A DNA stretch of 64,000 nt, taken from Pristiophorus japonicus. Taxonomy: Eukaryota. The stretch lies in assembly GCF_044704955.1 (NCBI RefSeq), contig NC_092010.1, forward strand, positions 38,626,001 through 38,690,000, read 5' to 3'. Below, piece by piece: positions 60,896 through 64,000 of the stretch. A program made the position numbers and the translations under genes. Below the pieces are notes generated by a model. The model had not been told where the DNA came from. It was given only the letters and a program-made list of their open reading frames with translations, and did not search any database. Numbering within the stretch: position 1 is the first letter of the stretch; each line of letters starts with the position of its first letter.

Positions 60896-61232
60896 CCATA
60901 ACAGTACTCATGACTCTGCCACCTCCCATTCCTGCTGGTTGCTATTATAAGCCACACCAGTGTGTGACCAGTACACGCAGAAGATTAATTTGTTTTTGGT
61001 CAGCAAAAGGGATAATTACTGAACAACAGGGTGAGAAATCAACCGTTTGTCACCAGGCACACAGGACCAACAAGAGCAGACATTTTCATTTATTTTCTAG
61101 TGCATTGTTTTTTTAACTAACGTTTGAGATTAGATCTATTTTTATGAGTTGGATGAGGTAGTTTCAGACTGACTTCAGCTTTAAACCCGCTGCATGGCAA
61201 GTTGAGATTGAACTGGCCGCTTGGGAATTTTA

Positions 61233-62191
61233 AGGGGCAATTTCCATGCGCTTACCGCATCATTTATGATGGAAAATGGGGCGGTAAGCAAAGAGATATT
61301 TAAATAGACCATCAGCAGGCCGGGGCCATTAGAGGGAGCAGTGTGGGGCGGCATGCTACTTCAGGGAGCAGTGCGAGCGGCTGCAGGAGGGCGACGGCTG
61401 ATTGCAATGCGGGCAGGTACAGCAGGAGAGGCGAGGGCCCAGGGGCAGCACGGGCCAGCCCACACTGCGATATGTGCGAGGACTAGGTCCGTGCAGCAGA
61501 GCTGGTCTCCAGTTGTTCTGGTTAACCCTTGCCACTGGACCAAGACCTCGCTCTGTCAAGCCCGTGTGGTGGCTGGTGTGCAACGGTCACCCCACGTTAA
61601 AAAAATCCATGCACAGGCATCTTCCACCCTTCAGGATGTAGTTCGGGATCTGGAATATTAGGTCCTGCATTGAAACACCTGTGAACTCATCCCTTTTCAG
61701 CGTGGAAGCAAGTCATCCTCGCTTCGAAGGACCACCTATGATGATTTAAATAGAAACAAGTCCCACCCATTGGTCCCCGATTTGATTTTCAAGCGGGCCT
61801 TGAAATGGGCAGGAGCCCTATTTCAATATTTAAATCAGGGTCCTAAGCCCTTTGCAAGACTCAAATGGACCAATACACACACACAGTGTGTGCGGTGTCT
61901 GCCCTGCCTATTGCTCCCAGGCATGTAGTGGCCTAACCAGTGGCCCGTAAAAGTTTTTTTGGCTTCCCCTTCCCCTCCTCTCCAAGGACCAGACTGTCAG
62001 ACGACTTAGCGCAGGATCTGTCTGTTTTCCCACCCACCTCGACCAGCGAGTTGCTTCAGAGTGCCTGTTTGGCACTTAGAGCTCACCGGCTACGTGCTAA
62101 TGAGGCCTTGGGCCTCTTGTGGATGCGATCGAGTTGGCGACTGCAACTCCTGCCACCCACCCAATTAGTGCATCGAACAAAAATCGCCCCC
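61233..62191. mobile_element. Probable Harbinger-type MITE with nested RTE-tailed retroposon (~61310-61745, +)
   Basis: Termini GGGGCAATTT / revcomp GGGGGCGATTTT. Nested copy nearly identical to 40700-40990. Confidence 0.55.
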
Positions 62192-62193
62192 GC

Positions 62194-62470
62194 TGTGGTG
62201 TCCCTGCACCGTACTACAAACTCACACGAGGCATGTACTGCAGACACAGTCACTACGTGACCTTAATCTTTATTCCCAGGACCAAGGAGTCTTGACCCTG
62301 GGTGGGACCTCCCCTTTTATACCTGGAAACCTAGGTGAGGAGTGTCTCCCACAAGTTCACCTCCTGTGGTCAGGGTGTGCATTTCTAGGGTACAGGTACA
62401 GTGTACATGAGTTGCATGAAGGTTACAGTTACATGAAGATTACCATTGCATGATGGTTACATACATGACA
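62194..62470 (-). mobile_element. Solo LTR (related to 60142-60409)
   Basis: Minus strand starts TGTCATGTAT and ends ...CCACA; TATAAAA and AATAAA on minus; perfect 5-bp TSD CCCGC. Confidence 0.88.
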
Positions 62471-62715
62471 CCCGCAAAATTTAATAATAGCAAAGAAGTA
62501 ATTTAACGCAGCAGATCTTTGCTAACCAGCACTGTGATACTCGTGAGCACTTTGCCTGACTGGAGAACAATGCGGAGCGTGCAGCAAAACTCAGCACTGA
62601 CAGTTCTACATCATTCAAAGCAGCCCTTATAACCCTCAGTGTAACAATACCATAAATTAGTTAGCAGTTTGCAGTCCATCAGTGCCTGGTTTAACACAAG
62701 CTTCTTGGTACTTAC

Positions 62716-62862
62716 TTGTGTAGTACTTTTTGAATGCTTCATCTTTGGGTTTGTTGGGATACAGGTAAAGCAGGCGCTCAATATCTCGGACACGATCTCC
62801 CAATGATCGAATGGTTAAATCCTTTGTGGTGAAAGGCTGAACATTGTATACCTGTCTGCCAC
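62716..62862 (-). CDS. STAT6: STAT6 exon encoding the C-terminal half of the SH2 domain (gene continues beyond window end)
   Basis: GCTGCAG|G; [48 protein letters not shown]; A|GTAAGT. KDLxIRSLGDRxRD and YPxKPKDEAF are STAT6-type; adjacency to NAB2 supports STAT6 over STAT5. Confidence 0.93.
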
Positions 62863-63369
62863 CTGCAGCATGAAACAGAAACAATTAGACCGAAACAATG
62901 CATAAAGAGGAGGGGAAGAATGTTCCCGCCGTTGTCAGTACAGTTCAACACTTGGCGAAACATCGTAGTCAGCAAACACAGCCAAAAAAAAGACAAAAGA
63001 TTTTGATTGAAACATTTCAATAATCCAGACTATGCAATGCTATTCTTCTGCTTATGTTTTTCTTTCAGAATTACACTGATCAGCAACAAAATTCAAAATC
63101 AAAACAAAAACAGAAAAGAACTTGAAGTTAAACAAAAAAAACCCAGGAAAGTTCATCACTTTCTGCAATCTTTGGTTCAAAAATATTTTTTGCATGCATG
63201 TTCACATCCTAACACTGCGTGGATGCAGGAGTCTGAATCCCATCTCAAGATAAACAGGCTGGGCTCAATACCCTAACTCTCCCACTATAGCACACAGCTA
63301 TATTTTGAACATCCATAAATACCTATATCATTAGTTTAGACTAGAAATAACAGGAACGTTCATTTACAT

Positions 63370-63690
63370 AACAGAGGAGGCATGAGGTTAAGGGAAATGA
63401 CTGAAAGCACTGTTGAAAAGGTAGGTTTTAAGAAGTATTCGAAAGATTGAGAGAGATGTAGCAATGGGTTTATAGAGTGCAGGGATTAAATGGTTGAAAG
63501 CTCGGTCACCAATAGTAGAGCAGAGCGGGGGGGATACACAGCAGAGAGTTGGACAAGCAGGAATGTAGGGCTGGAAGAGGTTGAAGAGGTGCTGGTGGGG
63601 GATGAGGCCATGGAGAATTTGAAGACAAAGATTTTGACATTGATGCACTGAGAGATGGAGCCAAATTGAGGATGGGGTGACTCGGGATTC
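63370..63690 (-). mobile_element. L2 LINE 3' fragment
   Basis: STIGDRAFNHLIPAL...SLSIFRILLKTYLFNSAF matches the L2 ORF2 C-terminal motif (GxRAF...W/L...FKxxLKTxLF). Confidence 0.75.
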
Positions 63691-64000
63691 CATTCAATAC
63701 TGCCCCGAGTTTGATATTACACCTCTCATGAGGACTCTGTACCTTATTTTTTAACCAATTTGTTATTGAGGTCCATGTTCTCTCCTAGATTCTTGAGGCT
63801 TTTAATTTAATTAGAAGTGTGGATTTCAGGATGTCCAAGTAAACTAATTCATAAGGAGTTCCATTATGTACTTTGTACTTATTTTTATTTTACTTCTGTA
63901 TATTAAATGGAGGACCCAATATTATAATGCACTTAACAATCTGTTGGGTAAAGATATCTAAAGTTCCCCAATAGATACACCTTCTTGAAAAAAATCATTA

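Overview
Repeat-rich vertebrate genomic DNA. The repeat repertoire (Deu-domain tRNA SINEs, CR1/L2 LINEs, Harbinger/hAT/TcMar MITEs) points to a cartilaginous fish (shark/ray). Layout: (1) 1-~16,255 is a G-rich 56/58-bp tandem satellite with kb-scale internal duplications; (2) a complete NAB2 (NGFI-A binding protein 2) gene on + strand, with a probable CpG-rich non-coding exon 1 near 17.2-17.6 kb and six coding exons between 21,559 and 32,440; (3) the 3' part of a convergent STAT6 gene on - strand, with six coding exons from the SH2 end at 62,862 to the stop at 53,709, including the phospho-Tyr and LxxLL motifs. This is the same tail-to-tail NAB2-STAT6 arrangement as in human. The most unusual element is at 47,481-48,070: two tandem poly(A)-tailed retroposon copies made of U2- and U1-snRNA-derived modules (plus short U6/U4-like words), each bounded by the same target sequence GTCAGTGTCA. 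This looks like an snRNA-chimeric SINE that inserted twice at one site. Nearly all ORFs in the supplied track are repeat artefacts. All family assignments come from remembered sequences; no database searches were run.
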